A DNA stretch of 64,000 bases. It comes from Eledone cirrhosa. Taxonomy: Eukaryota. The stretch spans positions 212,598,001 through 212,662,000 of the forward strand of contig OZ024740.1 in assembly GCA_964016885.1 (NCBI GenBank), read 5' to 3'. The position numbers were made by a program, and so were the translations under genes. Positions 1-12,884 of this stretch are shown piece by piece; position 1 is the stretch's first letter; every line of letters starts with the position of its first letter. Below the pieces are notes generated by a model, which saw nothing but the letters and a program-made list of their open reading frames with translations, ran no database searches and was not told where the DNA came from.

Positions 1-3000
1 CCCCCCCCCCTAAGGTTCCCCCCCAAGGTTTTACCTCCTAAGGTTCTACCCCCTAAGGTTTTACCTCCTAAGGTCCCCCCCAAGGTTCTACCTCCTAAGG
101 TTTTACCTCATAAGGTTCTACCCCCTAAGGTTCTACCTCCTAAGGTTTTACCTCCGAAGATTTTACCTCCTAAGGTTCTACCTCCTAAGGTTTTACCTCC
201 TAAGGTTTTACCTCCTAATGTTTTACCTCCTAAGGTTCCCCCTCCTAAGTTTCCCCCTCCTAAGGTTTTACCTCCTAAGGTTTTACCTCCTAAGGTTCTA
301 CCTCCTAAGGTTTTACCCCCTAAGGTTTTACCTCCTAAGGTTTTACCTCCTAAGGTTTTACCTCCTAAGGTTTTACCTCCTAAGGTTCTACCTCCTAAGG
401 TTTTACCCCCTAAGGTTTTACCTCCTAAGGTTTTACCTCCTAAGGTTTTACCACCTAACGTTCTACCTCCTAAGGTTTTACCCCCTAAGGTTTTACCTCC
501 TAAGGTTTTACCTCTTAAGGTTCTACCTCCTAAGGTTCTACCTCCTAAGGTTTTACCTCCTAAGGTTCTACCCCAAAGGTTTTACCTCCTAAGGTCTCCC
601 CCCCTAAGGTTCTACCTCATAAGGTTCTACCCCCTAAGGTTCTACCTCCTAAGGTTTTACCTCCGAAGATTTTACCTCCTAAGGTTCTACGTCCTAAGGT
701 TTTACCTCCTAAGGTTCCCCCTCCTAAGGTTTTACCTCCTAATGTTTTACCTCCTAAGGTTCCCCCTCCTAAGGTTCCCCCTCGTAAGGTTTTACCTCCT
801 AAGGTTTCACCTCCTAAGGTTTTACCTCCTAAGATTTTAACTCCTAAGGTTCTACCTCCTAAGGTTTTACCTCCTAAGGTTCTACCTCCTAAGGTTTTAC
901 CTCCTAAGGTTTTACCTCCTAAGGTTTTACCTCCTAATGTTCCACCTCCTAAGGTTTTACCTCCTAAGGTTCTACCTCCTAAGGTTTTACCTCCTAAGGT
1001 TTTACCTCCTAAGGTTCTACCTCCTAAGGTTTTACCTCCTAAGGTTCTACCTCCTAAGGTTTTACCTCCTAAGGTTTTACCTCCTAAGGTTCTACCTCCT
1101 AAGGTTTTAACTCCTAAGGTTTTAACCCCTAAAGTTTTACCTCCTAAGGTTCTACCTCCTAAGGTTCTACCTCCTAAGGTTCTACCCCCTAAGGTTTTAC
1201 CTCCTAAGGTTTTACCTCCTAAGGTTTTAACTCCTAAGGTTTTACCCCCTAGGGTTCCCCCCTAAGGTTTTACCCCTTAAGGTTCCCCCCTAAGGTTCCC
1301 CCCTAAGGTTCCCTCCTGAGGTTCCCCCCTAAGGTTTCCCCCCCTAAGGTTTTACCTCCTAAGGTTTTACCTCCTAAGGTTTTACCTCCTAAGGTTCCCC
1401 CTCCGAAGGTTCTAACTCCTAAGGTTCTACCTCCTTAGGTTTTACCCCCTAAGGTTTTACCTCCTAAGGTTCTACCACCTAAGGTTTTACCTCCTAAGGT
1501 TTTTCCTCCTAATGTTTTACCTCCTAAGGTTCTACCTCCTTAGGTTTTACCCCCTAAGGTTTTACCTCCTAAGGTTTTACCTCCTAAGGTTCTACCTCCT
1601 AAGGTTCTACCTCCTAAGGTCTTACCTCCTAAGGTTCTACCTCCTAAGGTTCTACCTCCTAAGGTTTTACCTCCTAAGGTCTTACCTCCTAAGGTTCTAC
1701 CCCCTAAGGTTCTACCTCCTAAGGTTTTACCTCCTAAGGTCTTACCTCCTAAGGTTCTACCTCCTAAGGTTCTACCTCCTAAGGTTTTACCTCCTAAGGT
1801 TCTACCCCCTAAGGTTTTACCTCCTAAGGTTCTACCTCCTAAGGTTTTACCTCCTAAGGTTCTAGCCCCTAAGGTTTTACCTCCTAAGGTTCCCCCCCCT
1901 AAGGTTCCCCCCCAAGGTTTTACCTCCTAAGGTTCTACCCCCTAAGGTTTTACCTCCTAAGGTCCCCCCCAAGGTTCTACCTCCTAAGGTTTTACCTCAT
2001 AAGGTTCTACCCCCTAAGGTTCTACCTCCTAAGGTTTTACCTCCGAAGATTTTACCTCCTAAGGTTCTACGTCCTAAGGTTTTACCTCCTAAGGTTTTAC
2101 CTCCTAATGTTTTACCTCCTAAGGTTCCCCCTCCTAAGTTTCCCCCTCCTAAGGTTTTACCTCCTAAGGTTTTACCTCCTAAGGTTCTACCTCCTAAGGT
2201 TTTACCCCCTAAGGTTTTACCTCCTAAGGTTTTACCTCCTAAGGTTTTACCTCCTAAGGTTCTACCTCCTAAGGTTTTACCCCCTAAGGTTTTACCTCCT
2301 AAGGTTTTACCTCCTAAGGTTTTACCTCCTAAGGTTCTACCTCCTAAGGTTTTACCCCCTAAGGTTTTACCTCCTAAGGTTTTACCTCTTAAGGTTCTAC
2401 CTCCTAAGGTTCTACCTCCTAAGGTTTTACCTCCTAAGGTTCTACCCCAAAGGTTTTACCTCCTAAGGTCCCCCCCCCTAAGGTTCTACCTCATAAGGTT
2501 CTACCCCCTAAGGTTCTACCTCCTAAGGTTTTACCTCCGAAGATTTTACCTCCTAAGGTTCTACGTCCTAAGGTTTTACCTCCTAAGGTTCCCCCTCCTA
2601 AGGTTTTACCTCCTAATGTTTTACCTCCTAAGGTTCCCCCTCCTAAGGTTCCCCCTCGTAAGGTTTTACCTCCTAAGGTTTTACCTCCTAAGGTTTTACC
2701 TCCTAAGATTTTAACTCCTAAGGTTCTACCTCCTAAGGTTTTACCTCCTAAGGTTCTACCTCCTAAGGTTTTACCTCCTAAGGTTTTACCTCCTAAGGTT
2801 TTACCTCCTAATGTTCCACCTCCTAAGGTTTTACCTCCTAAGGTTCTACCTCCTAAGGTTTTACCTCCTAAGGTTTTACCTCCTAAGGTTCTACCTCCTA
2901 AGGTTTTACCTCCTAAGGTTCTACCTCCTAAGGTTTTACCTCCTAAGGTTTTACCTCCTAAGGTTCTACCTCCTAAGGTTTTAACTCCTAAGGTTTTAAC

Positions 3001-6000
3001 CCCTAAAGTTTTACCTCCTAAGGTTCTACCTCCTAAGGTTCTACCTCCTAAGGTTCTACCCCCTAAGGTTTTACCTCCTAAGGTTTTACCTCCTAAGGTT
3101 TTAACTCCTAAGGTTTTACCCCCTAGGGTTCCCCCCTAAGGTTTTACCCCTTAAGGTTCCCCCCTAAGGTTCCCCCCTAAGGTTCCCTCCTGAGGTTCCC
3201 CCCTAAGGTTTCCCCCCCTGAGGTTTTACCCCCTAAGGTTTTACCTCCTAAGGTTTTACCTCCTAAGGTTTTACCTCCTAAGGTTCCCCCTCCGAAGGTT
3301 CTAACTCCTAAGGTTCTACCTCCTTAGGTTTTACCCCCTAAGGTTTTACCTCCTAAGGTTCTACCACCTAAGGTTTTACCTCCTAAGGTTTTTCCTCCTA
3401 ATGTTTTACCTCCTAAGGTTCTACCTCCTTAGGTTTTACCCCCTAAGGTTTTACCTCCTAAGGTTTTACCTCCTAAGGTTCTACCTCCTAAGGTTCTACC
3501 TCCTAAGGTCTTACCTCCTAAGGTTCTACCTCCTAAGGTTCTACCTCCTAAGGTTTTACCTCCTAAGGTCTTACCTCCTAAGGTTCTACCCCCTAAGGTT
3601 CTACCTCCTAAGGTTTTACCTCCTAAGGTCTTACCTCCTAAGGTTCTACCTCCTAAGGTTCTACCTCCTAAGGTTCTACCTCCTAAGGTTTTACCTCCTA
3701 AGGTTTTACCTCCTAAGGTTCTACCCCCTAAGGTTCTACCTCCTAAGGTCTTACCTCCTATGGTTCTACCTCCTAAGGTTTTACCTCCTAAGGTTCCCCC
3801 TAAGGTTCTACCTCCTAAGGTTCTAACTCCTAAGGTTCTACCTCCTAAGGTTTTACCTCCTAAGGTTCTACCTCCTAAGGTTTTACCTCCTAAGGTTTTA
3901 CCTCCTAAGGTTTTACCTCCTAAGGTTCTACCTCCTAAGGTTTTACCTCCTAAGGTTTTACCTCCTAAGGTTCCCCCTAAGGTTCTACCTCCTAAGGTTC
4001 TAACTCCTAAGATTTTACCTCCTAAGGTTTTACCTCCTAAGGTTCTACCTCCTAAGGTTTTACCTCCTAAGGTTTTACCTCCTAAGGTTGTACATCCTAA
4101 GGTTTTACCTTCTAAGGTTTTACCTCCTAAGGTTTTACCTCCTAAGGTTCTACCTCCTAAGGTTTTACCTCCTAAGGTTCCCCCTCCTAAGGTTTTACCT
4201 CCTAAGGTTTTACCTCCTAAGGTTTTACCTCCTAAGGTTCTACCTCCTAAGGTTTTACCTCCTAAGGTTCCCCCTCCTAAGGTTTTACCTCCTAAGGTTC
4301 CCCCTCCTAAGGTTTTACCTCCTAACATTTTACCTCCTAAGGTTTTACCTCCTAAGGTTCTACCTCCTAAGGTTTTACCTCCTAAGGTTCTACCTCCTAA
4401 GGTTTTACCTCCTAAGGTTCTACCTCCTAAGGTTTTACCTCCTAAGGTTTTACCTCCTAAGGTTCTAACTCCTAAGGTTCTACCTTCTAAGGTTTTACCT
4501 CCTAAGGTTCTACCTCCTAAGGTTTTACCTCCTAAGGTTTTACCTCCTAAGGTTTTACCTCCTAAGGTTTTACCTCCTAAGGTTCTACCTCCTAAGGTTT
4601 TACCTCCTAAGGTTTTACCTCCTAAGGTTTTACCTCCTAAGGTTCTAACTCCTAAGGTTCTACCTCCTAAGGTTTTACCTCCTAAGGTTCTAACTCCTAA
4701 GGTTTTACCTCCTAAGGTTTTACATCCTAAGGTTCTACCTCCTAAGGTTTTACCTCCTAAGGTTTTACCTCCTAAGGTTTTACCTCCTAAGGTTCTACCT
4801 CCTAAGGTTTTACCTCCTATGGTTCTACCTCCTAAGGTTCTACCTCCTAAGGTTCTACCTCCTAAGGTTCTACCTCCTAAGGTTCTAACTCCTAAGGTTC
4901 TACCTCCTAAGGTTTTACCTCCTAAGGTTCTAACTCCTAAGGTTCTACCTCCTAAGGTTTTACCTCCTATGGTTCTACCTCCTAAGGTTCCCCCTCCTAA
5001 GGTTCTACCTCCTAAGGTTCCACCTCCTAAGGTTCTACCTCCTAAGGTTTTACCTCCTAAGGTTCTACCCCCTAAGGTTTTACCTCTAAGGTTCTAGCCC
5101 CTAAGGTTTTACCTCCTCAGGTTCCCCCCCCTAAGGTTCCCCCCCAAGGTTTTACCTCCTAAGGTTCTACCCCCTAAGGTTTTACCTCCTAAGGTCCCCT
5201 CCTAAGGTTCTACCTCATAAGGTTCTACCCCCTAAGGTTCTACCTCCTAAGGTTTTACCTCCGAAGATTTTACCTCCTAAGGTTCTACGTCCTAAGGTTT
5301 TACCTCCTAAGGTTCCCCCTCCTAAGGTTTTACCTCCTAATGTTTTACCTCCTAAGGTTCCCCCTCCTAAGGTTCCCCCTCCTAAGGTTTTACCTCCTAA
5401 GGTTTTACCTCCTAAGGTTCTACCTCCTAAGGTTTTACCCCCTAAGGTTTTACCTCCTAAGGTTTTACCTCCTAAGGTTTTACCTCCTAAGGTTTTACCT
5501 CCTAAGGTTCTACCTCCTAAGGTTTTACCCCCTAAGGTTTTACCTCCTAAGGTTTTACCTCCTAAGGTTTTACCTCCTAAGGTTCTACCTCCTAAGGTTT
5601 TACCCCCTAAGGTTTTACCTCCTAAGGTTTTACCTCTTAAGGTTCTACCTCCTAAGGTTCTACCTCCTAAGGTTTTACCTCCTAAGGTTCTACCCCTAAG
5701 GTTCTACCTCCAAGGTTTTTACCTCCTAAGGTTTTACCTCCTAAGGTTCTACCCCCTAAGGTTCTACCTCCTAAGGTTTTTACCTCCTAAGGTTTTACCT
5801 CCTAAGGTTTTACCTCCTAATGTTCTACCTCCTAAGGTTTTACCCCCTAGGGTTCCCCCCTAAGGTTTTACCTCCTAAGGTTCTACCTCCTAAGGTTTTA
5901 CCTCCTAAGGTTTTACCTCCTAAGGTTTTACCTCCTAAGGTTCTACCTCCTAAGGTTCTACCTCCTAAGGTTTTACCTCCTAAGGTTTTACCTCCTAAGG

Positions 6001-9000
6001 TTTTAACTCCTAAGGTTTTACCCCCTAGGGTTCCCCCCTAAGGTTTTACCCCTTAAGGTTCCCCCCTAAGGTTCCCCCCTAAGGTTCCCTCCTGAGGTTC
6101 CCCCCTAAGGTTTCCCCCCCTGAGGTTTTACCCCCTAAGGTTTTACCTCCTAAGGTTTTATCTCCTAAGGTTTTACCTCCTAAGGTTCCCCCTCCTAAGG
6201 TTCTAACTCCTAAGGTTCTACCTCCTTAGGTTTTACCCCCTATGGTTTTACCTCCTAAGGTTCTACCACCTAAGGTTTTACCTCCTAAGGTTTTACCTCC
6301 TAAGGTTCTACCTCCGAAGGTTTTACCTCCTAAGGTTCTACTTCCTAAGGTTTTTCCTCCTAATGTTTTACCTCCTAAGGTTCTACCTCCTTAGGTTTTA
6401 CCCCCTAAGGTTTTACCTCCTAAGGTTTTACCTCCTAAGGTTCTACCTCCTAAGGTTTTACCTCCTAAGGTTCTACCCCCTAAGATTTTACATACTAAGG
6501 TTTTACCTCCTAAGGTTCTGCCCCCTAAGGTTCTACCTCCTAAGATTTTACCTCCTAAGGTTCTACCCCCTAAGGTTCTACCTCCTAAGGTCTTACCTCC
6601 TAAGGTTTTACCTCCTAAGGTTCTACCTCCTAAGGTTTTACCTCCTAAGGTTTTACCTCCTAAGGTTCTAACTCCTAAGGTTCTACCTCCTAAGGTTTTA
6701 CCTCCTAAGGTTCCCCCTCCTAAGGTTTTACCTCCTAAGGTTCCCCCTCCTAAGGTTTTACCTCCTAAGATTTTACCTCCTAAGGTTTTACCTTCTAAGG
6801 TTCTACCTCCTAAGGTTTTACCTCCTAAGGTTCTACCTCCTAAGGTTTTACCTCCTAAGGTTTTACCTCCTAAGGTTCTAACTCCTAAGGTTCTACCTCC
6901 TAAGGTTTTACCTCCTAAGGTTCCCCCTCCTAAGGTTTTACCTCCTAAGGTTCCCCCTCCTAAGGTTTTACCTCCTAAGGTTTTACCTCCTAAGGTTTTA
7001 CCTCCTAAGGTTCTACCTCCTAAGGTTTTACCTCCTAAGGTTTTACCTCCTAAGGTTTTACCTCCTAAGGTTCTACCTCCTAAGGTTTTACCTCCTAAGG
7101 TTTTACCTCCTAAGGTTCTAACTCCTAAGGTTCTACCTCCTAAGGTTTTACCTCCTAAGGTTCTACCTCCTAAGGTTTTACCTCCTAAGGTTTTACCTCC
7201 TAAGGTTCTACCTCCTAAGGTTTTACCTCCTATGGTTCTACCTCCTAAGGTTCTACCTCCTAAGGTTCTACCTCCTAAGGTTTTACTTCCTATGGTTCTA
7301 CCTCCTAAGGTTCTACCTCCTAAGGTTTTACCTCCTATGGTTCTCTCTCCTAAGGTTTTACCTCCTATGGTTCTACCTCCTAAGGTTCTACCTCCTAAGG
7401 TTCTACCTCCTAAGGTTCTACCTCCTAAGGTTCTACCTCCTAAGGTTCTAACTCCTAAGGTTCTACCTCCTAAGGTTTTACCTCCCAAGATTCTAACTCC
7501 TAAGGTTCTACCTCCTAAGGTTTTACCTCCTATGGTTCTACCTCCTAAGGTTCCCCCTCCTAAGGTTCTACCTCCTAAGGTTCTACCTCCTAAGGTTCTA
7601 CCTCCTAAGGTTTTACCTCCTAAGGTTCTACCCCCTAAGGTTTTACCTCCTAAGGTTCCACCCTAAGGTTTTACCTCCTAAGGTTTTACCCACTAAGGTT
7701 TTACCTCCTAAGGTTCCCCCCCTAAGGTTTTACCTCCTAAGGTTTTACCCTAAAGTTCCCCCCTAAGGTTTTACCTCCTAAGGTTTTACCTCCTAAGGTT
7801 TTACCCTAAGGTTTCCCCCTATGGTTCCCCCTAAGGTTCCACCCTAAGGTTTTACCTCCTAAGGTTTTACCTCCTAAGGTTTTACCCCCTAAGGTTTTAC
7901 CCCCTAAGGTTCCCCCTAAGGTACCCCCTAGGTTTTACCCCCTAAGGTTCCCCCCTAAGGTTTTACCTCCTAAGGTTTTACCTCCTAAGGTTTTACACCC
8001 TAAGCTTTTACCTCCTAAGGTGTTCCCCCCTAAGATTCCCCCCGAAGGTCCCCCCCTAAGGTTCCCCCCTAAGGTTCCCCCTTAAGGTTCCCCCCTAAGG
8101 TTCCCCCCCCTAAGTTCCCCCCTAAGGTCCCCCCCTAAGGTTCCCCTCTAAGGTTTTACCCCCTAGCGTTTTACCTCTTGATTTTACCCCCTAAGGTTTT
8201 ACCTCCTAAGGTTTTACCCCCTAAGGTTTTACCTCCTAAGGTTTTACCCCCTAAGGTTTTACCCCCTAAGGTTTGACCTCCTAAGGTTTTACCCCCTAAG
8301 GTTTTACCCCTAAGATTTTACCTCCTAAGGTTTTACCTCCTAAGGTTCTACCCCCTAAGGTTTTACCACCTAAGGTTTTACCTCCTAAGGTTTTACCCTC
8401 TAATGTTCCCCCCCTAAGGTTCCCCCCTAAGGTTCCCTCCTAAGGTTCCCCCCCCTAAGGTTCCCTCCTAAGGTTCCCCCCTAAGGTTCCCCCTAAGGTT
8501 CCCCCCTAAGGTTTTACCTCCTAAGATTTTACCCCCTAAGGTTTTACTCCTAAGATTTTACCCCCTAAGATTTTACCTCCCAAGGTTTTACCTCCTAAGG
8601 TTCCCCCCCCTAAGGTTTTACCTCCTAAGGTTTTACCTCCTAAGGTTTTACCCCCTAAGGTTCCCCCACCTAAGGTTCCCCCCTAAGGTTCCCTCCTAAG
8701 GTTCCCCCCCTAAGGTTCCCTCCTAAGGTTCCCCCCTAAGGTTCCCCCTAAGGTTCCCCCCTAAGGTTTTACCCCCTAAGCTGTTACCTCCTAAGGTTTT
8801 ACCCCCTAAGTTCCCCCGCTAAGGTTTTACCTCCTAAGGTTTTACCCCCTAAGGTTCTACCTCCTAAGGTTTTACCCCCTAAGGTTCCCCCCTAAGGTTT
8901 TACCTACTAAGGTTTTACCCCCTAAGGTTTTACCTCCTCAGGTTTTACCTCCTAAGGTTCCCCCTCTTAAGGTTTTACCTCCTAATGTTTTACCTCCTAA

Positions 9001-11764
9001 GGTTCCCCCTCCTAAGGTTCCCCCTCCTAAGGTTTTACCTCCTAAGGTTTTACCTCCTAAGGTTCTACCTCCTAAGGTTTTACCCCCTAAGATTTCACCC
9101 CCTAAGGTTTTACCTCCTAAGGTGTTTACCTCCTAAGGTTCTACCTCCTAAGGGTTTACCTCCTAAGGTTGCCCCCTAAGGTTCCCCCCTAAGGTTCTAC
9201 CTCCTAAGGTTCTACCTCCTAAGGTTCTACCTCCTAAGGTTCTACCTCCTAAGGTTTTACCTCCTAAGGTTTTACCTCCTAATGTTCTACCCCCTAACGT
9301 TTTACCTCCTAAGGTTTTACCTCCTAAGGTTCTCCCCTATGGTTCACCCCTAATGTTTTACCTCCTAAGGTTCTACCTCCTAAGGTTCTACCTCCTCAGG
9401 TTTTACCTCCTAAGGTTTTACCTCCTAAGGTTCTACCTCCTAAGGTTTTAACTCCTAAGGTTTTAACCCCTAAAGTTTTACCTCCTAAGGTTCCCCCCCT
9501 AAAGTTTTACCTCCTAAGGTTTTACCTCCTAAGGTTTTACCCCCTAGGGTTCCCCCCTAAGGTTTTACCCCTTAAGGTTTTACCCCTTAAGGTTCCCCCC
9601 TAAGGTTCCCCCCTAAGGTTCCCTCCTAAGGTTCCCCCCTAAGGTTTTACCCCCTAAGCTTTTACCTCCTCTGGTTTTACCCCCTAAGGTTCCCCCCTAA
9701 GGTTTTACCTCCTAAGGTTTTACCCCCTAAGGTTCTACCTCCTAAGGTTTTACCCCCTAAGGTTCCCCCCTAAGGTTTTACCTACTAAGGTTTTACCCCC
9801 TAAGGTTTTACCTCCTAAGGTTTGACCCCCTAATGTTTTACCCTAAGGTTCCCCCTAAGGTTTTACCTCCTAAGGTTTTAGCCCCTAAGGTTTTACCCTA
9901 AGGTTCCCCCCTATGGTTCCCCCTAAGGTTCCACCCTAAGGTTTTAACTCCTAAGGTTTTACTTCCTAAGGTTTTACCCCCTAAGGTTTAATCCCTAAGG
10001 TACCCCCTAGGTTTTACCCCCTAAGGTTACCCCCTATGGTTTTACCTCCTAAGGTTTTACCTCCTAAGGTTTTACACCCTAAGCTTTTACCCCCTAAGGT
10101 TTTACCTCCTAAGGTGTTCCCCCCTAAGGTTCCCCCCTGAAGGTCCCCCCCCACCTAACCCCCCCTAAGTTTCCCCCCTAAGGTTCCCCCTTAAGGTTCC
10201 CCCCCTAAGTTCCCCCCTAAGGGCCCCCCTAAGGTTCCCCCCTAAGGTTTTACCCCCTAAGGTTTTACCCCTAGCGTTTTACCTCTTTTGATTTTACCCC
10301 CTAAGGTTTTACCTCCTAAGGTTTTACCCCCTAAGGTTTTACCTCCTAAGGTTTTACTCCTAAGGTTTTACCCCCTAAGCTTTTACCCCCTAAGGTTTTA
10401 CCTCCTAAGGTTTTACCCCCTAAGGTTTTACCCCCTAAGATTTTACCTCCTAAGGTTTTACCTCCTAAGGTTCTACCCCCTAAGGTTTTACCACCTAAGG
10501 TTTTACCTCCTAAGCTTTTACCCCCTACGGTTCCCCCCCCCCCTAAGGTTCCCCCCTAAGGTTCCCTCCTAAGGTTCCCCCCCCTAAGGTTCCCTCCTAA
10601 GGTTCCCCCCCTAAGATTCCCCCTAAGGTTCCCCCCTAAGGTTTTACCTCCTAAGGTTTTAGCCCCTAAGGTTTTACCTCCTAAGGTTTTACCTCCTAAT
10701 GTTTTACCCCCTAAGGTTTTACATCCTAAGGTTTTACTCCTAAGGTTTTACCCCCTAAGATTTTACCCCCTAAGGTTTTACCTCCCAAGGTTTTACCTCC
10801 TAATGTTCCCCCTAAGGTTTTACCTCCTAAGGTTTTACCTCCTAAGGTTTTACCCCTAAGGTTCCCCCACCTAAGATTCCCCCCTAAGGTTCACTCCTAA
10901 GGTTCCCCCCTAAGGTTCCCTCCTAAGGTTCCCCCCTAAGGTTCCCCCTAAGGTTCCCCCCTAAGGTTTTACCTCCTAAGGTTTTACCCCCTAAGATTTT
11001 ACCTCTTAAGGTTTTACCCCCTAAGGTTTTACCCCCTAAGGTTTTACATCCTAAGGTTTTACTCCTAAGGTTTTACCCCCTAAGGTTTTACCTCCTAAGG
11101 TTTTACCCCCTAAGATTTTACCCCCTAAGGTTTTACCTCCCAAGGTTTTACCTCCTAAGGTTCCCCCCCCTAAGGTTTTACCTCCTAAGGTTTTACCTCC
11201 TAAGGTTTTACCTCCTAAGGTTCCCCCCCTAAGGTTTTACCTCCTAAGGTTTTACTCCTACGGTTTTACCTCCTAAGGTTTTACCTCCTAAGGTTTTACC
11301 CCCTATGTTTCCCCCCCTAAGGTTTTACCTCCCAAGGTTTTACCTCCTAAGGTTTTACTCCTAAGGTTTTACCCCCTAAGGTTTTACCCAATAAGGTTTT
11401 ACCCCCTAAGATTTTACCTCCTAAGGTTTTACCCCCTAAGGTTTTACCTCCTAAGGTTTTACCCCCTAAGGTTCCTCCCTAAGGTTTTACCCCCTAAGGT
11501 TTTACCCCTAAGGTTCCCGCTAAGGTTTTACCCCCTAAGGTTTTACCCCCTCAGGTTTTACCTCCTAAGGTTCCCCCTAAGGTTTTACCCCCTAAGGTTT
11601 TACCCCCTAAGGTTTTACCTCCTAAGCTTCCCCTCTAAGGTTCCCCCCTAAGGTTCCCCCTAAGGTTTTACCCCCTAAGGTTCCCCCCTAAGGTTTTACC
11701 CCCTAAGGTTTTACCCCCTAAGGTTCCCCCCTAAGGTTTTACCCCCTAAGGTTTTACCTCTAAT
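1..11764. repeat. 15-bp tandem array (CCTCCTAAGGTTTTA / CCTCCTAAGGTTCTA), telomere-like, C-rich on + strand
   Basis: Directly visible period-15 repeat from base 1. The minus strand reads TTAGGAGGTA(A/G)AACC, and variant units contain CCCTAA. The array ends abruptly at ...gttttacctctaat|gtggcgcgggcccc. Confidence 0.97.
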
Positions 11765-12424
11765 GTGGCGCGGGCCCCTCTTTTTTTTCTCTCTCTTCTC
11801 GTTTTCTCTCTTCTCGTTTTCTCGTTTAAACCAGCTGTAACCGGCCAGAATTCTCTCGCCAGCCCTAATTAACCACTCATACTGACGTTAAAGTATTATT
11901 TTGAAAATAAATAATATCGAAATCTCATAGATTCGATATTATGTGAGGTAAAGCCTTTACTGTGAAAATACAATAGTATATATATAGAGTAATGTGAATG
12001 CTGAAGGGGTAAGAGATTTATATGTTTAAACTAATTTTAGTAAATTAAATTTGTTGCTTGTTTTTCTTGTATTCACTTCTTTAAAAACCACAGTGCTGCT
12101 ACCACGGTTGTTATGGCTACCTCCCACCACTCCTCTCTCTATCAATGGAAGCAGACGACCAGGAAAAATATATTAAAATATTATAAATATATCGTATAAT
12201 ACAGCTGATTTATTTTATCTAACTTTGTCTTGTTTATCTCATTCTGTTCTTTATAAACCCATTTATAACATTTTATTAGGTTTTCTCAACGTAAACATCG
12301 GCGATTTCCCCCTCTCTCTATATCTTATACTCTCTCTCTCTCTCTCTCTCATGATTAGAAAATGTTAAAAATAACAGCCAAATCTATCAACCTCTTATTT
12401 TTCACCCTCTCTTTACATCTATCA

Positions 12425-12812
12425 CTGTCATAAGTAAAGAGAGGGTGAGAAATAGGAGGAAGAAAGTGTAATAGAAGAGAGGGTGAGAAATATGAGGTAG
12501 AGAGAGTAATAGAAGTAAAGAGAGGGTGAGAAATACGAGGAAGAAAGTGTAATAGAAGAGAGGGTGAGAAATACGAGGAAGAAAGTGAAATAGAAGAGAG
12601 GGTGAGAAATATGAGGTAGAGAGAGTAATAGAAGTAAAGAGAGGGTGAGAAATACGAGGAAGAAAGTGTAATAGAAGAAGAGAGGGTGAGAAAGTAGAGG
12701 TAGATAGAGTAAAAGAAGCCAAGGGAGGGTGAGAAATATGAGATAAAGTATTAGAAATAAAGAGAGGGTGAGAAATAAGAGATAGATAAAGTAATAGAAG
12801 TAAAGAGAATTG
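12425..12812. repeat. Purine-rich ~38-43 bp minisatellite (AGAGAGGGTGAGAAATA core), about 9 units of two alternating types
   Basis: Repeated gagagggtgagaaata followed by either gaggaagaaagtgtaatag or tgaggtagagagagtaatag. Confidence 0.85.
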
Positions 12813-12884
12813 AGTGTGTGACATATTTGTCTTTCTATCTCTCTCTATTTCTCCTCCTTCCGTGCATTATTATCTCTTACTTAA

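Noticed and set aside
218-10572. ORFs of FYLLR, VLPPK and GGKTL pentapeptide repeats (extensin-like look)
   Set aside because: They follow automatically from a 15-bp period. There are no unique termini or signal peptide, and frameshifting units are frequent.
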